The notes: generated from the sequence alone by a model not told the origin. A stretch of DNA of 64,000 nt from Eledone cirrhosa (GCA_964016885.1 OZ024743.1:83390001-83454000); one strand, 5' to 3'; positions 41,502 to 56,841 are shown, counted from the first letter of the stretch. Numbers and translations are program-made.

Positions 41502-42790
41502 GAGGTTTGTCCTAAAAGTAAGAGTACTGATTTTCCTATGTACGACATGTACGCAGCGCCACGTTGGTGTATACAGGCGAGTTGGTTATGACCTTGGGTG
41601 TACGTACATACTTGCTTCAACATGATCGAGTGAGTCAGTTGTGAGTTATTGTTGTTTATGTACAGACACGTTTATATCTGTTGTTACGTTTGCGATGCAG
41701 GAAAATATGGAATAACGGTATGCAATAAAATTTTGTATGAAATTCAACAAATCTGCCACCCACCGAAATCTTTCATTCTTTAACACAATCTTACTGAGAT
41801 GCCACTGTATCAAAAAGTAAGGTTTTTTAAGTGGCACAGAGCTGTCAAAGAGGGCCCAGAAATTGTTGAAGAAGAATCTCGTTCCGGAAGGCTAATCAAC
41901 AAATGAATAAACTATGGAAGTTGTGCTTGCTGTGATGATGAAAGGTCGTTGATTAAGAGTTAGGGTGATTTCAGAAAAAACGTGATGTATAAAAATGCAG
42001 TTCACAGAATTTTAACATACGATTTACGCATGCGAAAAAATGTGTGCAAAACTATTCTCCAAACACTTGTCTGTGAGCAAAAAGCGAATTGATTGGAAAT
42101 TTGTCAGGATTTGCTAGAAAAATTCGAAATTAAACCAAATTTCTTGGATTAAGTAATAACAGGAGATGGATCATTGGAGTACGATCCAGAAACAAAACGG
42201 CAAAGTGAAAAGTGACACACAAAAAATTCTCATTATCGAAGAAATCACAGATGAGAAGGTTCAGGGTGAAAAAGATGATTTTAATTTTTTCAACAGCCGT
42301 GGTATTGTTCACAAAGAAGTTTTACCTCCAGGACAGACAGTTAATCGTACCTTTTACAAAGATATCTAGGAACGACTTCGAAAACGGGTTCAGCGAGTAC
42401 AAAAGAACATTTGTAGGAGATTGGGTACTACACCACGATAACACGCCTGCTCACACAGCCTCTTCAATTAGAGAATTTATGAAGAAAACAAAACCATTCC
42501 CACTCATCCACATCCTTCCTACAGGCCAGATCTAGCTCTGTGTGATTTCTATCTCTTCCCTAAAGTTGAAATCGAAGTTAAAGGTTTATCATTTTGGGAC
42601 CGTGGAAAATATACAAAAGATTGTAACCGACTCTCACAGAAAATAACTTCTGGTACTGCTACAATCAATGGAAAAAAACGGTGTGACTTCTCAAGGGTCA
42701 TGTTTTGAAGGAGATAACTTGTAATTTCATGTACGTTTAATATACATTTAAATAGAACATCAGTACCCTTCCTTTTGGGACATACACAAA
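41501..42790 (+). mobile_element. Degenerate mariner transposon
   Basis: TIRs cgaggtttgtcctaaaagtaagagtactgat / atcagtacccttccttttgggaca; WVLHHDNTPAHTA and DLA.CDFYLFP remnants; ~1.3 kb, inserted in TA. Confidence 0.88.
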
Positions 42791-43060
42791 CACACACGTG
42801 CGCGAGAGCGCGCGCACACACACAAACATACACAGATATATATATATGCATATATATATATGCACATTCATACACACACACACACACATATATATGTATA
42901 CATACACATATACATATATATATACGTAATACATGAATGTATATTTAAATATGCACACACACACACACACACACACACGACACTCAATAGAAATGTATTA
43001 AATAACAAACTTTAATTTAAAGAAACCTTAAGAAAAGTATTCCTGAGTAGTAGAAGTGCG

Positions 43061-43433
43061 TTGGTGGTGGTGGAGAGGATATTGTAGTGGTGGTGGTGGT
43101 GGAGAGGATATTGTGGTGGTGGTGGAGAGGATATTGTAGTGGTGGTGGTGATGGAGAGGATATTGTAGTGGTGGTGGTGGTGGAGAGGATATTGTGGTTG
43201 TGGTGGAGAGGATATTGTGGTTGTGGTGTAATGTTGGTGGTGGTGGTGGTGATGGTTGTGGTGATGGTGGAAGTGACGTAGTTGTGTGGTGTTACAGTTA
43301 TTGGTAGTGGTATTTGTAGTATTGGTAGTGGTATTTGTAGTATTGGTGGTGGTATTAGGTGTGGTGCATGTGGTGATGATCCTGGAAATGCTGTTGCAGA
43401 TAACAGTGGTGGTGTTGGTAGTAGTAGTAGTAA

Positions 43434-43511
<78 letters not shown>

Positions 43512-43534
43512 CAGTAGTAGTGGTGGTGGTGTTG

Positions 43535-43566
<32 letters not shown>

Positions 43567-43636
43567 GGTGGTGGTAGTAGTAGTAGTAGTGGTGGTGGTG
43601 TTGATAGTAGTAGTAGTAGTTGTAGTAGTAGTAGTT

Positions 43637-43691
<55 letters not shown>

Positions 43692-43722
43692 CAGTGGTGT
43701 TGGTAGTAGTAGTAGCAGCAGC

Positions 43723-43788
<66 letters not shown>

Positions 43789-43807
43789 GATGGTGGTGGT
43801 GGTGTTG

Positions 43808-43839
<32 letters not shown>

Positions 43840-43894
43840 GGTGGTGGTAGTAGTAGTAGTAGTGGTGGTGGTGTTGATAGTAGTAGTAGTAGTT

Positions 43895-43940
<46 letters not shown>

Positions 43941-43988
43941 CAGTGGTGTTGGTAGTAGTAGTAGCAGCAGCAGTAGTAGTAGTAGTAA

Positions 43989-44031
<43 letters not shown>

Positions 44032-44050
44032 GTTGGTGGTGGTGGTGTTG

Positions 44051-44082
<32 letters not shown>

Positions 44083-44155
44083 GGTGGTGGTGGTAGTAGT
44101 AGTAGTAGTGGTGGTGGTGTTGATAGTAGTAGTAGTAGTTGTAGTAGTAGTAGTT

Positions 44156-44189
<34 letters not shown>

Positions 44190-44217
44190 CAGTGGTGTTG
44201 GTAGTAGTAGTAGCAGC

Positions 44218-44251
<34 letters not shown>

Positions 44252-44252
44252 A

Positions 44253-44292
<40 letters not shown>

Positions 44293-44300
44293 GATGGTGT
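43061..44300. repeat. Compound (GTA)n/(GGT)n repeat with higher-order duplications; 5' part is a ~27-bp ggtggagaggatattgt unit
   Basis: Directly visible. Confidence 0.95.
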
Positions 44301-44505
44301 AGATAAAGTACAGGGTGACGTGGTGGTTACTCAACCGAACACATGCAAATAACTGAAATATCTCAACATACGTTCACCAGGCAATTTTTCTTGTTCTCTC
44401 TTTTCTTGTTCTCTCCCATATTTCTCTCTCTCCCTCCTTCTGTCTACATATGTATATGGATTTATTCATGAATACATACATACACATAAATATATGTGTG
44501 TGTAT

Positions 44506-44560
<55 letters not shown>

Positions 44561-44640
44561 AGTGTGAGTGTGTGTGTGTGTATGAGTGTGTGTGTGTGTG
44601 TGTGTGTGTGTTATGACTATTCATTCTCATGCCCATCAAT

Positions 44641-44764
<124 letters not shown>

Positions 44765-45030
44765 CACCTCTATTTATATATATATATATATATATATCTA
44801 TATATATATATCCCGCTCGGACACCCCGTCTCCCTCTCCCCACTCCACCGGCCACCATCCCTACACACCCCATACGCATCCACCACCTGTTTTACCCCAT
44901 TTAAATTTATTTTATTTTGATCATACATTTATTTTTAATTTCATTCGCACCGTTTCCTCCCACCCCCTTTTCGCTATATGTCTCTCCACCACTCCCCTAC
45001 ACACCCTTTGAACTCTCTTCCCACACACTT

Positions 45031-45068
45031 TTCACCTGAAGAAGGGCTTATGCCCGAAACGTCGTTCC
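45031..45068 (+). ncRNA. Minimal hammerhead motif with weak helix I
   Basis: ac CUGAAGA a-gggc-uuau-gccc GAAA cg UC gu; palindromic ACGU helix III; ~90 nt upstream of (TA)n. Confidence 0.6.
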
Positions 45069-45152
45069 CCACCACCACCCCACTCTCCAGAGCGTGAAAT
45101 TAATAAACATTCGTTGTACTGCCTCTCTGTTTTGTTCCTGTTCAAATTTTCC

Positions 45153-45242
<90 letters not shown>

Positions 45243-45263
45243 GGTGTAACACACGAGTTGTGA

Positions 45264-45455
45264 TATATTAGTAAAAAGGAAAAGAAAATGCTGACAAATT
45301 TTTCCCAGTGAAAAATAGTTTAATTAGGAATAAGTATAAATTAGTAATAAGTATTGGTTATTACTAATTTATTATAATTTATACTTATTCCTAATTAAAC
45401 TATTTTTCACTGGGAAAAATTTGTCAGCATTTTCTTTTTCTTTTTACTAATATAT
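45264..45455. repeat. AT-rich ~190-bp quasi-palindrome between (TA)n tracts
   Basis: ttagtaaaaag.aaaagaaaatgctgacaaatttttcccagtgaaaaatag... mirrored at 45378-45452. Confidence 0.85.
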
Positions 45456-45518
45456 ATATATATATATAAGTATGTGTGTATACGTACATACATATATGTA
45501 TACAGACGTACAGTAGCA

Positions 45519-45568
<50 letters not shown>

Positions 45569-45842
45569 TATACATACAGGTACACATACATATATGCACG
45601 TATCAGTTTAGCGGACGCTTATTATAACGCCGCTTTGTTCGTTTGTAAACAAACTGAACAGCCTGAATTTTTATGCCGTACGGTGTTAAGGCAACCACGT
45701 CACCTTTTTGTTCAACACTGACACAGGAACGATGTACTAGTTTCAAGCTTGTTATGTATGTACGTATACACACATACTTACATTTAAGTAAGTGCCGTAC
45801 TAAGAGTGAGAAATGAAATTTCGTTTTCATTTTATTTCAACT

Positions 45843-45886
<44 letters not shown>

Positions 45887-45910
45887 TATACATATTTGTA
45901 TATATATACG

Positions 45911-45961
<51 letters not shown>

Positions 45962-46019
45962 AAGGAACGATCGACTTTCGTCAAATCGGACCGAGGGAAC
46001 AATGTTTCCGTTGGTCTTT

Positions 46020-46295
<276 letters not shown>

Positions 46296-46479
46296 CATAT
46301 ATATGTATAGATATATACATATATATATACATATACATATATATCTCTGTTTCTCTCACCTTCTTTCGCCCCCTCTGTCAGTTACAGTTTCTCTCGACTG
46401 ACCTCTTCCTCGCACTTCCACTCACTCACTCTCTGTTTCTCCCCTTCTCACTTCCTCCCGTTCGTTAGTAGTGGGGTTC

Positions 46480-46812
46480 TTTCTTTCTCACATCTCATTC
46501 ACGACGGACGGTCTGTATTCTGACCGCTCATGAAATTCACGTAGCTTATGCTGACCGGATAACCATGTTGCTTGCTTTTTTCCTATCTTCGGTTTGCTTT
46601 TCCTTCTATGTTGTTTACTTGTCTCACTCGCTTTACGCGATTCACTTGTCCCAATAGCTTATTTTAGTTATTGCTCGCACCAACCTGAGGTATATGATTT
46701 TTAATGCGATGAAATACCAATGATGGTTGGCAAATCACTGATGAGGGACTAATTTTATAATATGTAACCCATGTGCAACCACGCAGTATTCCTCTTTCTT
46801 CCCATGTTTTTT
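46480..46812 (+). repeat. Unclassified interspersed repeat; inverted copy at ~62005-62310, related segment at 13080-13400
   Basis: Shared caacctgaggtatatgatttttaatgcgatgaaataccaatgatggttgg block; ends at (TA)n. Confidence 0.7.
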
Positions 46813-46901
<89 letters not shown>

Positions 46902-46932
46902 CATATATATATATATACATATATACATATAT

Positions 46933-47020
<88 letters not shown>

Positions 47021-47156
47021 GATTTCTAAAGAATGAAACAGTTCTAGTCCTGTAGAATCTCATATACTCTTTTACCCTCTTTTACCTGTTTCAGCCATCC
47101 GGCTGAGGCCATGCTGGGGCACCGCCCTTGATATATATATATATATATGATTTTTC

Positions 47157-47191
<35 letters not shown>

Positions 47192-47219
47192 TTTTCGTTT
47201 ATATATATATACATATATA

Positions 47220-47620
47220 TATAAAAACGAAAAATCAGTGATGCATCTGGACTCAGTTTATTGCGTGTTACAATTGTTTCGCCGGATGGTAGCTCGAGAC
47301 ATGATCACTGTATGGATCTGGCTAATTCTACGACTGCAGGTTCCTTCGGACACATGCAATTCTTACGGAGCAAATTTTCTCACTCAGAATTGTAAGTGTC
47401 CGAAGTAACCTGCAGTCGTAGAATTAGCCAGATCCATACAGTGATCATGTCTCGAGCTACCTGTCGGCGAAACAATTGTAACGCGCAATAAACTGAGTCC
47501 AGATGCATCACAGGTTTTTCGTTTTTTTATACTATTCACACTCTGCTCAGTATGAATATTGAGTGGTAATTTTGGCATACCGCCTATTGAAGCACCATAG
47601 CTACCATTATACACACGTAT
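47220..47620 (+). mobile_element. Palindromic mini-element (family D) with two CCGAAG-core hammerhead-like motifs and an ~85-bp tail
   Basis: Arms 47222-47362 / 47386-47531; tail to 47620; shorter copy at 63482-63700. Confidence 0.8.
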
Positions 47621-47652
47621 ATATATATATATATATATATAAATATATATAC

Positions 47653-48127
<475 letters not shown>

Positions 48128-48975
48128 AGCAGAAGGGATATTCAATTTGTTGGTAATTCAACAAATATAAATGTTTATAACTGATTCAGAGCACTCGACA
48201 AGTTTTCTGGAGTATAATATTCAATGATATTAAATAAATGGAAACTATATTTATAAAACCATATTTATTCTATTATATATATTTCAAAGGTACCAAAACT
48301 TTGGTACGTTTTCATCAGTTAAAATACGAAGTGTGTTTTATAAATTTTGACATAACCAAGGAAAATACCTTAAAGGTTCAAGTTTTCCTTGGATAGTGAA
48401 GGGATAAAAGAAGAAAAGTCAGATATTTCAAATTGTTAAGATGAGTATGCAAATGAGTATACAAATGAGGTTGAGGTAAAGGGCTGAAAAATCGTTATTT
48501 TAGACGCTATGGAGAATTTAAATAATTATGATGTGTTTGTATGCGTAGGAAAGAAGAAAAAGGAAGAAGAACTTGTATTTACGTTAATTTGGGGGAAAAA
48601 GTGAAATATGATTCCAGAGTTTAAATTTAAATTTATTTACCTATATTATGAGTTATAATATTGTATATCAATCAATTAGATTATATGAAGAATTATGGTT
48701 GTAAGTATTTTTATCTTATTACATTACAATAGGTTATATGTATATAAATATAAATATCTACATAGATTTATAGTTGCGTATGTATTAGTATTATAGAAAT
48801 AGAAATAATTTACAATTATTAGTTGTTTATATTTCTAATATGAGTTACGAAGGAAGTTGATTTTGTATTTTACATAAACAAATAGGTGGTTCCAGTTGTG
48901 AGAGGAGAACAATTTGTAGATTCGAATATTTTGTTCAACATTGAAAATGTTTTCAGAATATTGTTAATTTAGCGA
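48128..48975 (-). mobile_element. PLE 3' region and terminus (family A) with hammerhead at 48266-48326
   Basis: Diverged copy of 890-1735; rc uauuuuaa CUGAUGA aaacguacc-aaaguuuu-gguaccuuu GAAA uauaua UA auagaaua. Confidence 0.85.
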
Positions 48976-49214
48976 AGACCTGAAAAATGCGCAAGCTCAA
49001 AAGAGCCACAGAATGTTATAATAAACCTTCAAAAGTGTGGGACTAGAGTTGTTGCTGAAAAATATTGTAATCATTATCTATCGTACACTCTGTGGCATCC
49101 TTTTATAAAAAAAGAGACTCATAACGAATTCAAGACGACACGATAATTATTTAAGCTAATGTTCAATATCATATATTAGATATTTAGTAATGAAAAATAT
49201 TGTCATTGATGGTC

Positions 49215-50845
49215 TTACTTGTCTAACGAGTTGACGGGGGGAGAATACCAAATAATATTTCTAGTTCTAGTTTTTTTGTTTAGTTTAGTGTTCAAATTAA
49301 ATTGTTTATTATTATTATAATTAATACTAGGATGATTTGTCATGTTATTGTTATCTATGTATTTAATTTCATTCGAATATTCTGCTCTATGTAAAGCTTC
49401 ATTATAATATTCAGCCTTATCATCAAACATATTTTTATTAGCAGAGATGCGGGAAATCCGTTGTTGGACGCTATTGACAACAGTGTTTTTAATACTTCTA
49501 GGATGGTTAGAATTGAAACTTACATAATTTAGATTTTCGTTAATTTTATGGAAAGGGTAGTAAAGACCTGTGCTAAGGTTTAAGGTTACATCTAAGAAGT
49601 TAATGATTTTGCAGTTATTCTCTATTTCTATCTTAAAGTTGTAGTTGTTGAAAAATTGTATTTTGGATTTCCTTTTCCTATTAATTTCACTATTGCTATG
49701 GTTTTCAATTAAAAGCAACATATCGTCACGATATAAACCTCCGGTCATCTCTTGCATTTTCCTATGCAGTACATTTTTAATAAATAATCCAACGAGGTCC
49801 GTTACTTGCGCCGAGTCAGATGATCCCATAGTGATATCAAAATTGTTTTTTCTGTCGGCTCTTGTCCAGAGATGATTATTAAATTCTATTAGTGTTTTAG
49901 GTGCTGTTAGAATTATATTCATTTCATCACTAGATAGGTCTGTATGTTTAGACGCGTAGATAAGTGCCTTATTAAGTAAGCTAGGGATAATAGAGGAGTA
50001 GTAATTTGCAATATCCATTTGAATGAATTTTTTGTTATGTTTTAATTTTCTGTTATTGAACCAATCTATAACTTCATTAGTACCGTTCCATAGTTTAAGG
50101 TGTGATTTTTCTTTAAGTAGTGGTATAATTCTATCTAATATATGTTTGCTAATTATGCCTAAGTACGATTTAGATGGTGCTATAAGTCTGACTGGTAGTT
50201 CAATTTCAAAATTTCTTTTGTGGTCCTTCAGGTTAATTTTCGGTTTTCTAGGTATAAAGGGTTCAGTCCTATTTTGGATGCCTAATTTATAAATAATTTC
50301 AGAAGCTTCTCTATTTAACGTTGAAAGATCTTCATTTGATGTTATTTTGTAGTTTTTTTCTGAGTTCTTTCAACATAAGGTTATTATATTCGTCCTTTTC
50401 CAAACCATATAAATTATTTGTTTTATCAGATTTTACGAGGATCCTCTTAGTTTTTTCTAGATTGTTTATTTTATTCTTGAGGCCTTTAAGGTAGTCCTGG
50501 CTTATAAATTGTTTTTATTTTTAAATTTAATGTTTTGTATAATAGATATTACTTCATTTTCAAATTCGGCTAGTAGTTTGTTGCTAGGTGGATTCTTCTT
50601 AGATTTGAAGATAAGATCAAAGTTGTAACTGGATTTATTTATTTTGTCATCCGATTTTCTATCAATATGGAAAGCACGCCATCTAAATCTTCGTATAAAG
50701 GAGTCAGATTTCTCAATGAGTTGTTTTAGATGTTCCTTATCTTTAGGTTGGCTGGTTGGTTCGATAACCGGATGGGTGTTTATATATTGCCAAAGCTCTT
50801 TCTTGACGTAAGAGCCAAAAATCTTGCAAAACAAATTCAAAAACG
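49215..50845 (-). pseudogene. Penelope-like reverse transcriptase, frameshifted
   Basis: FIRRFRWRAFH, MDIANYYSSI, FDITMGSSDSAQVTDLVGL, GLYRDD, NFLDVTLNL, SNHP, RNIIWYSPP are PLE-type RT motifs. Confidence 0.9.
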
Positions 50846-50847
50846 AA

Positions 50848-50989
<142 letters not shown>

Positions 50990-51111
50990 TGTTCTGCTCA
51001 TCTCAATTTTTATAGTTCTGGTATCTCAAATTAGTACCATCGAACAACGATTATATTATAGACACCCTATATATCTCTATGCGTACTTAGTACCCAGAGA
51101 GATATTTACCT

Positions 51112-51149
<38 letters not shown>

Positions 51150-51155
<6 letters not shown>

Positions 51156-53283
51156 TAAAATAACAGATTCAAGTTTAAGCAAAGAATCGCTGCTTTCACC
51201 CTTAACGGGATCTTCTGAAACTAACAAAGTCAATCTGTAAACGCAGAAGTGGATATTTCAAAAAACGTTGCAACTGGAGGAAGACAGGAAGACGATACTT
51301 TGGTTCGTGGAAACGTTCCCTGGCAAAGAACGGGAAAAAACGAATATATACGTCATTATTTGGAGCGGTGAAAAACAATTACACGTGAAGACAGAACCAC
51401 GTTTATGGTATAAAAGAAGTCGTAGACTAATGTTCTCTTATGTGGTTCATAGAGACGTTCTCTGGCAATGAACGGAAAAAACGAAGATAATACGTAATAT
51501 GTGGAGCGTGGAGAACAATTGCACGCAAAGACAAAACCACATAAATGGTATAGCTGAGGTCGTAGACTAAAATTCTAACTAGGAAATCGAATGAATCTCC
51601 GCTTCAGAGTTAAGAATAAAGTAAATAAAATACAATACAGAGGTAATAGAAATTAAATAAATATATACACGCATGCAAATACGTACATACACAAGCATAC
51701 GCGAAAACACTTGCCATAGGAACACGTGCAACCCTGTAGTTAGTACTAACTGTAATTGTAGGAATCGGGTTGATTGCCCCCTATCCGGGAAATACCTCTC
51801 TAGTAACATTGTCTACAAATGTAAGGTTGAAACACCCACGTCCCGTAGGGCCTACATAGGGTTAACTGCCAATAGATTCAAGCAGCGTCTTTACATGCAT
51901 ACCCATTCTTTTCGTTACTCTCTAAGAAGGAATATGACGTCACTTTCAGCTTATATCTGGAGTCTAAAAGACAACCACACCCAATATAAGTTACACTGGG
52001 AGATCCTAGCTAGGGCTAGATCGTATAACGGAAATAAAAGACCACGTGACCTCTGCGCCGCTGAGGCCCTGGAAATACTCTACGCCACAGACCACATCTT
52101 AAACAAAAAATCTGAGGCAATTTCGGCTTGTAAACATAAATTGCACAAAACTTTCCTGTATTAAAGCCCCACGCTATACCCTAACGGATAATACGATCTA
52201 TACGTGGATATTTTACGTCTTGATGTGGTATCTAAGTATATGTTATGTTTATACCATTACTTATTTGCATAGGTAAGTATATATTACCTGTATGTTTTGT
52301 GAAGGTACGTATACTTTCTCATACGTATATTTGATTGTATATGTTATGGCGTATAATTTTATATATTCTGGTACATATGGTTTGGTTATGTGTATACGAG
52401 AGTTTTGCGTCTGTGTGAGTATGCAGGTTCGTACGTATGTAGAGTGTGTGTATATGTGTACTTCATGTTTTGGTTGACGTACGTCTCTGAACATTTGTGT
52501 ATTTACATGTAGGTATGTGTGTGCGCTTGTTATATACGTATTTATTTATTTATAAACGTTTATTTAATTATTTATGTGTATACACGCACACACACACACA
52601 CATATTTATATGTGCGTGGTTTCGTATACCTATGGCAAGTGTTTTCGCGTATGCTTGTGTATGTACGTATTTGCATGCGTGTATGTATTTATTAAATTTC
52701 TATTACCTCTGTATTGTATTTTATTTACTTTATTCTTAACTCTGAAGCAGAGATTCATTCGGTTTCCTAGTTAGAATTTTAGTCTACGACTTCTGCTATA
52801 CCATTTACGTGGTTTTGTCTTTGCGTGCAATTGTTCTCCACGCTCCACATATGACTATTATCTTCGTTTTTTCCGTTCATTGCCAGAGAACGTCTCTATG
52901 AACCACGTAAGAGAACATTAGTCTACGACTTCTTTTATTCATAAACGTTGTTCTGTCTTCGCGTGTAATTGTTTTTCACCGCTCCTATTAATGACGTATT
53001 ATATTCGTTTTTTCCCGTTCTTTGCCAGGAAACGTTTCCACGAACCAAAGTATCGTCTTCTTGTCTTCCTCCAGTTGCAATGTTTTTTGAAATATCCACT
53101 TCTGCGTTTACAGATTGACTTTGTTAGTTTCAGAAGATCCCGTTAAGGGTGAAAGAAGCGATTCTTTGCTTAAACTTTAATCTGTTATTTTAATAAATAT
53201 TTGCTCTACGGTTCTTATATATTTGATATATATTTATCCTTATCGAGCCCTCTTTGGATTTTAGTCTTCAAATTTATTATTAT

Positions 53284-53287
<4 letters not shown>
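51150..53287 (+). mobile_element. 5'-truncated PLE with ~560-bp inverted pseudo-LTR and 3' tail
   Basis: 51150-51712 is the reverse complement of ~52636-53202; encloses a GIY-YIG ORF; ~85-bp tail only on the right; (TA)n on both sides. Confidence 0.9.
51716..52164 (+). pseudogene. PLE GIY-YIG endonuclease domain (open frame, N-terminally truncated)
   Basis: CNCRNRVDCPLSGK..NIVYKC..AYIGLT..FKQR..H..SF..LS.YIW..LC..E..LNKKSE..CKH. Confidence 0.9.
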
Positions 53288-53379
<92 letters not shown>

Positions 53380-53683
53380 ATAATTTTGGTATGCTTATAT
53401 ACATTTTTTCTTCTAACTTTGATTTTATACCTAATTGTGTATGGTTGACGATATATTTAATCGATTTCCACGTGCTATTAGAAATGGTGGGTAAATATTC
53501 TATAGCTGTTGATCGCGGATACATAGCTGTCGTTTATTTATCTATTATTTCTTCATAGGTGCCTTATAATTGTTTTATAGCCTTGTTTAATTGTTTTGTT
53601 TTTTTGTGTGGTCGATTATGGTGATTAGGATGGGAGGGGAGATGATGTATATATTTTATCAAATGATTCTATGGACATACTTT

Positions 53684-53777
<94 letters not shown>

Positions 53778-53916
53778 CGCGTTTGTGTGTGTTACGGCCA
53801 GCCGTAACTCGCGCTCGGTATGCAAATGAGACTACTCAGTCGATGTATACTTTAGAAAATACTATATATTTTCAACGGTTCAACAGATTGGCAGAGGTAT
53901 ACAGGTATATATATAT

Positions 53917-54126
53917 AACGAAGGAAGTGTGGTAAGGAACCAGGTGGACCATAACACACCAGAGTACTCAATACTTAGGGTAGTAGAGTGGGTAATAGGA
54001 AAATGTTCAAGACTCCGACGGCAGAGTTCAAGCCGTTTCGACGGCTATTTCTGGACTAAATTCAATTTAGTCCAGAAATAGCCGTCGAAACGGCTTGAGC
54101 TCTGCCGTCGGGTTCTTGAACACTTT

Positions 54127-54131
<5 letters not shown>
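53917..54131 (-). mobile_element. Palindromic mini-element family C
   Basis: Reverse-orientation homologue of 10679-10897; fold-back centred ~54062. Confidence 0.85.
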
Positions 54132-54180
<49 letters not shown>

Positions 54181-54329
54181 AAACATACAAAAATACAAAA
54201 GCACCAACGGGGGTAAGTCCCAGGAAAGTAATCTAAAATAAGAAAAACTTCAAAAGCATCTTACCCTAGAGGTAGAATCTTAGTTAAGCAGCCTAAAGTT
54301 AGAAAGCTCAGCTGTAGCTTACTTAACTA

Positions 54330-54402
<73 letters not shown>

Positions 54403-55149
54403 CTCTATATATATATATACTCTATATATTATATATATATGTGTGTAATAGTAGTAGTAGAAAAATAAGAAAAATAATAGGATAAGAGAGAAACGTCTGG
54501 ATTGATGACAGGAGAAGGAGAAGGAAGGCGAGGGGATGTATAAAGGGAGAAAGAAGAAGAAAGCAGCCACACAAACTGTAGTAGCAAAAACTACGGCGGC
54601 ACCCCCAGCGCCAAAAATAACCAAGAACACCCCGACTACCATCACTAGTAACAACATCACTACCAACAACATCCCAACACCACCACCATCACCTCCACCG
54701 CTGCAACTAATAATAATACAATAAAAGAGATGAGTGACGGAGCAATTGCTGTCGTCTGCTTTCCCATTCTAAAAAACATAAATAAATAATAATAAAGTTA
54801 GCTTATATTTGTCAATCTAGAAACGAAAATATGTTGTTTATTTTCTAACTAGCAACGAACGACCTCACATAGAGGTAATGTATTTTTGGAGGGGAGTTGT
54901 AGTAGATGTGAAATTCCAGTGGGCAATATCAAAAGATGTCTTACTACTTCAGTTAACACAACATAGTTTATGGAAATTGTATAAGGCACGTCACGTAGTG
55001 TTTGTAACTAGAAAATGGACGACATTGCTTCACACTCCTCGTCCAGATTTTAGTGATAAGCACATCAAAACAACTCATGATTGTACTGACACAACACGTA
55101 CAATGTATGTATGATTGATACATACATGCATACATGCACACATACATGA

Positions 55150-55923
55150 TGGCTGCAAACTCTAAGAGTATTGCAATCGCTTGTCAGATTACAGAGTTTG
55201 GTGCACTCTTAGGCTACTGCCAGCCACACGAACCTGTAACATATCCTGCACAAGCAATGCCCTTGCTTTGAAGGTTTTTTTAAGTGAGGAAAGGCCTTGC
55301 CTCGACCAATCCCACTCTCTGAGCATCGAAAACACTACCCAAAAAGGAGAACTGGTCAACATCATCGGATGCTTCCGAAGCCGCAGGTTTTTTTTTCAGA
55401 GTTTCCCTCTCATAGAAAAGTGTTGTGACAACAACTGGGGGGCTTTCACTCCCAGGTGGAAAAAAAAGTACTATTTGGATGGCCGTCGACTCTCCTGAGT
55501 TCCTCCGCCTTTTGCTGGGTCTTGTATTTCATCCCGCAGGATGTCCAAATATCACCCTCCTCACCAAGCAAGCTTGGTGGGGTTGCCAGTTTAGTCGTTG
55601 ACGACTATGAGACAGGTTGTACTGGGTTACATGTTACCAGTAGCATTCGAGAGCGACATAACGTACATACATACTTGCATACATGCATACATACATATAT
55701 ACATACATAAATGCACACATACATGCATACATACATACTTGCATACTTACATACTTGCATACATACATACCTACATGCACATATATGGTGGCTGCCAACT
55801 CGTTTTCGAGTATGGCCACTACTTTATATCCATGTAGGAGAACCCCTACCGATGCGCTGAACGAGTGTGACTTTTTAGTCCAGCCAGCGACTTGAAAACT
55901 CTGGTACAAACACTACACTTGTG
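55150..55923 (-). mobile_element. Diverged RTE-derived element (55150-55657) plus 3' end of the young family (55786-55923), separated by (CATA)n
   Basis: Homology to 5339-5945. Confidence 0.7.
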
Positions 55924-56435
55924 GCCATCAATGACAATATTTTTCAATTGGTGGCTAAGAGCTCTGCTGTAGCTTTTAAAGCCTGCTGAGGACTAACATG
56001 TTTTGTTGCATAAAATACGTTGGAATTTACTCTTTCCATCATAAGACACTTCAGTCTGATACAGACCACGATTATGTATTTTTAATGCCTCGTAAGTCTG
56101 CTGTCGGGTGTCCAGCAACCAGTTCGGTTCAGTTTACGACAGAGATCAGAAAAATGTAGTTGCCAACAAACTCGCTCCGGCTCTTTCGGCCAGTGAGCCT
56201 AAACAGTCATACTCCCGTTCGATTCCAACAAAAGTTAGTTACATACAACCTTTCAGACAACTACAATAGCATCCATGCCAAACCAATCACAGAAACAATG
56301 TACAATTTCACTGTGACGCTTTGTCATGTTTTCTGTGTTATCATAATAACTTCAATGCAAGTTATTTCTTAATGAAAATTATTAAAGTATCGGCCTTTGT
56401 TATTGTTCATAGAATAGTGCTAATGGCAATTTCAC

Positions 56436-56692
56436 TTTGGTCAATGCATGGTCAATGTAGACATTGGTCAATGCAGGCGTTAATCAACACAGACGTTAGT
56501 CAAGACAGACGTTAGTCAAGACATGCGTTAGTCAAGACAGGCGTTAGTCAACACAGGTATTCGTCAACACAGGCATTAGTCAACGCAGGAATTGGTCAAT
56601 GCAAGCTTTGGTTAACGCTGGCATTGGTCAACGCTGGCATTGGTAAACGCTGGCATTGGTCAACGCTGGCATTGGTCAACGCTGGCAATGTT
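56436..56692. repeat. Degenerate 16-17-bp tandem repeat (ggcattggtcaacgct)
   Basis: About 15 progressively diverging units. Confidence 0.85.
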
Positions 56693-56841
56693 CAAAGTAG
56701 TAGAAGACACTTATCCAATAATATTTAGTATCATTATCTTATAAAATAGTTCACTAATACATTAGCTTGCAGCTTCAGGATTGACAATGCAAATCTTTAT
56801 GTCAATCATTATTGAAGTCACGTATTTAAAGATGAACTTAC

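Noticed and set aside
43012-44352. Long poly-Thr/Ser/Val ORFs (mucin-like)
   Set aside because: By-product of (GTA/GGT)n repeats, open in several frames; same for 4278-4989.
45590-45765. Helitron 3' end (CTAG) in the repeat shared with 24500-24625
   Set aside because: No convincing subterminal hairpin or 5' TC end; left as an unclassified repeat.
46680-46770. Hammerhead at ctgagg...gaaa or ctgatga
   Set aside because: Could not form a complete core with helices I-III in either this copy or the 62040-62150 copy.
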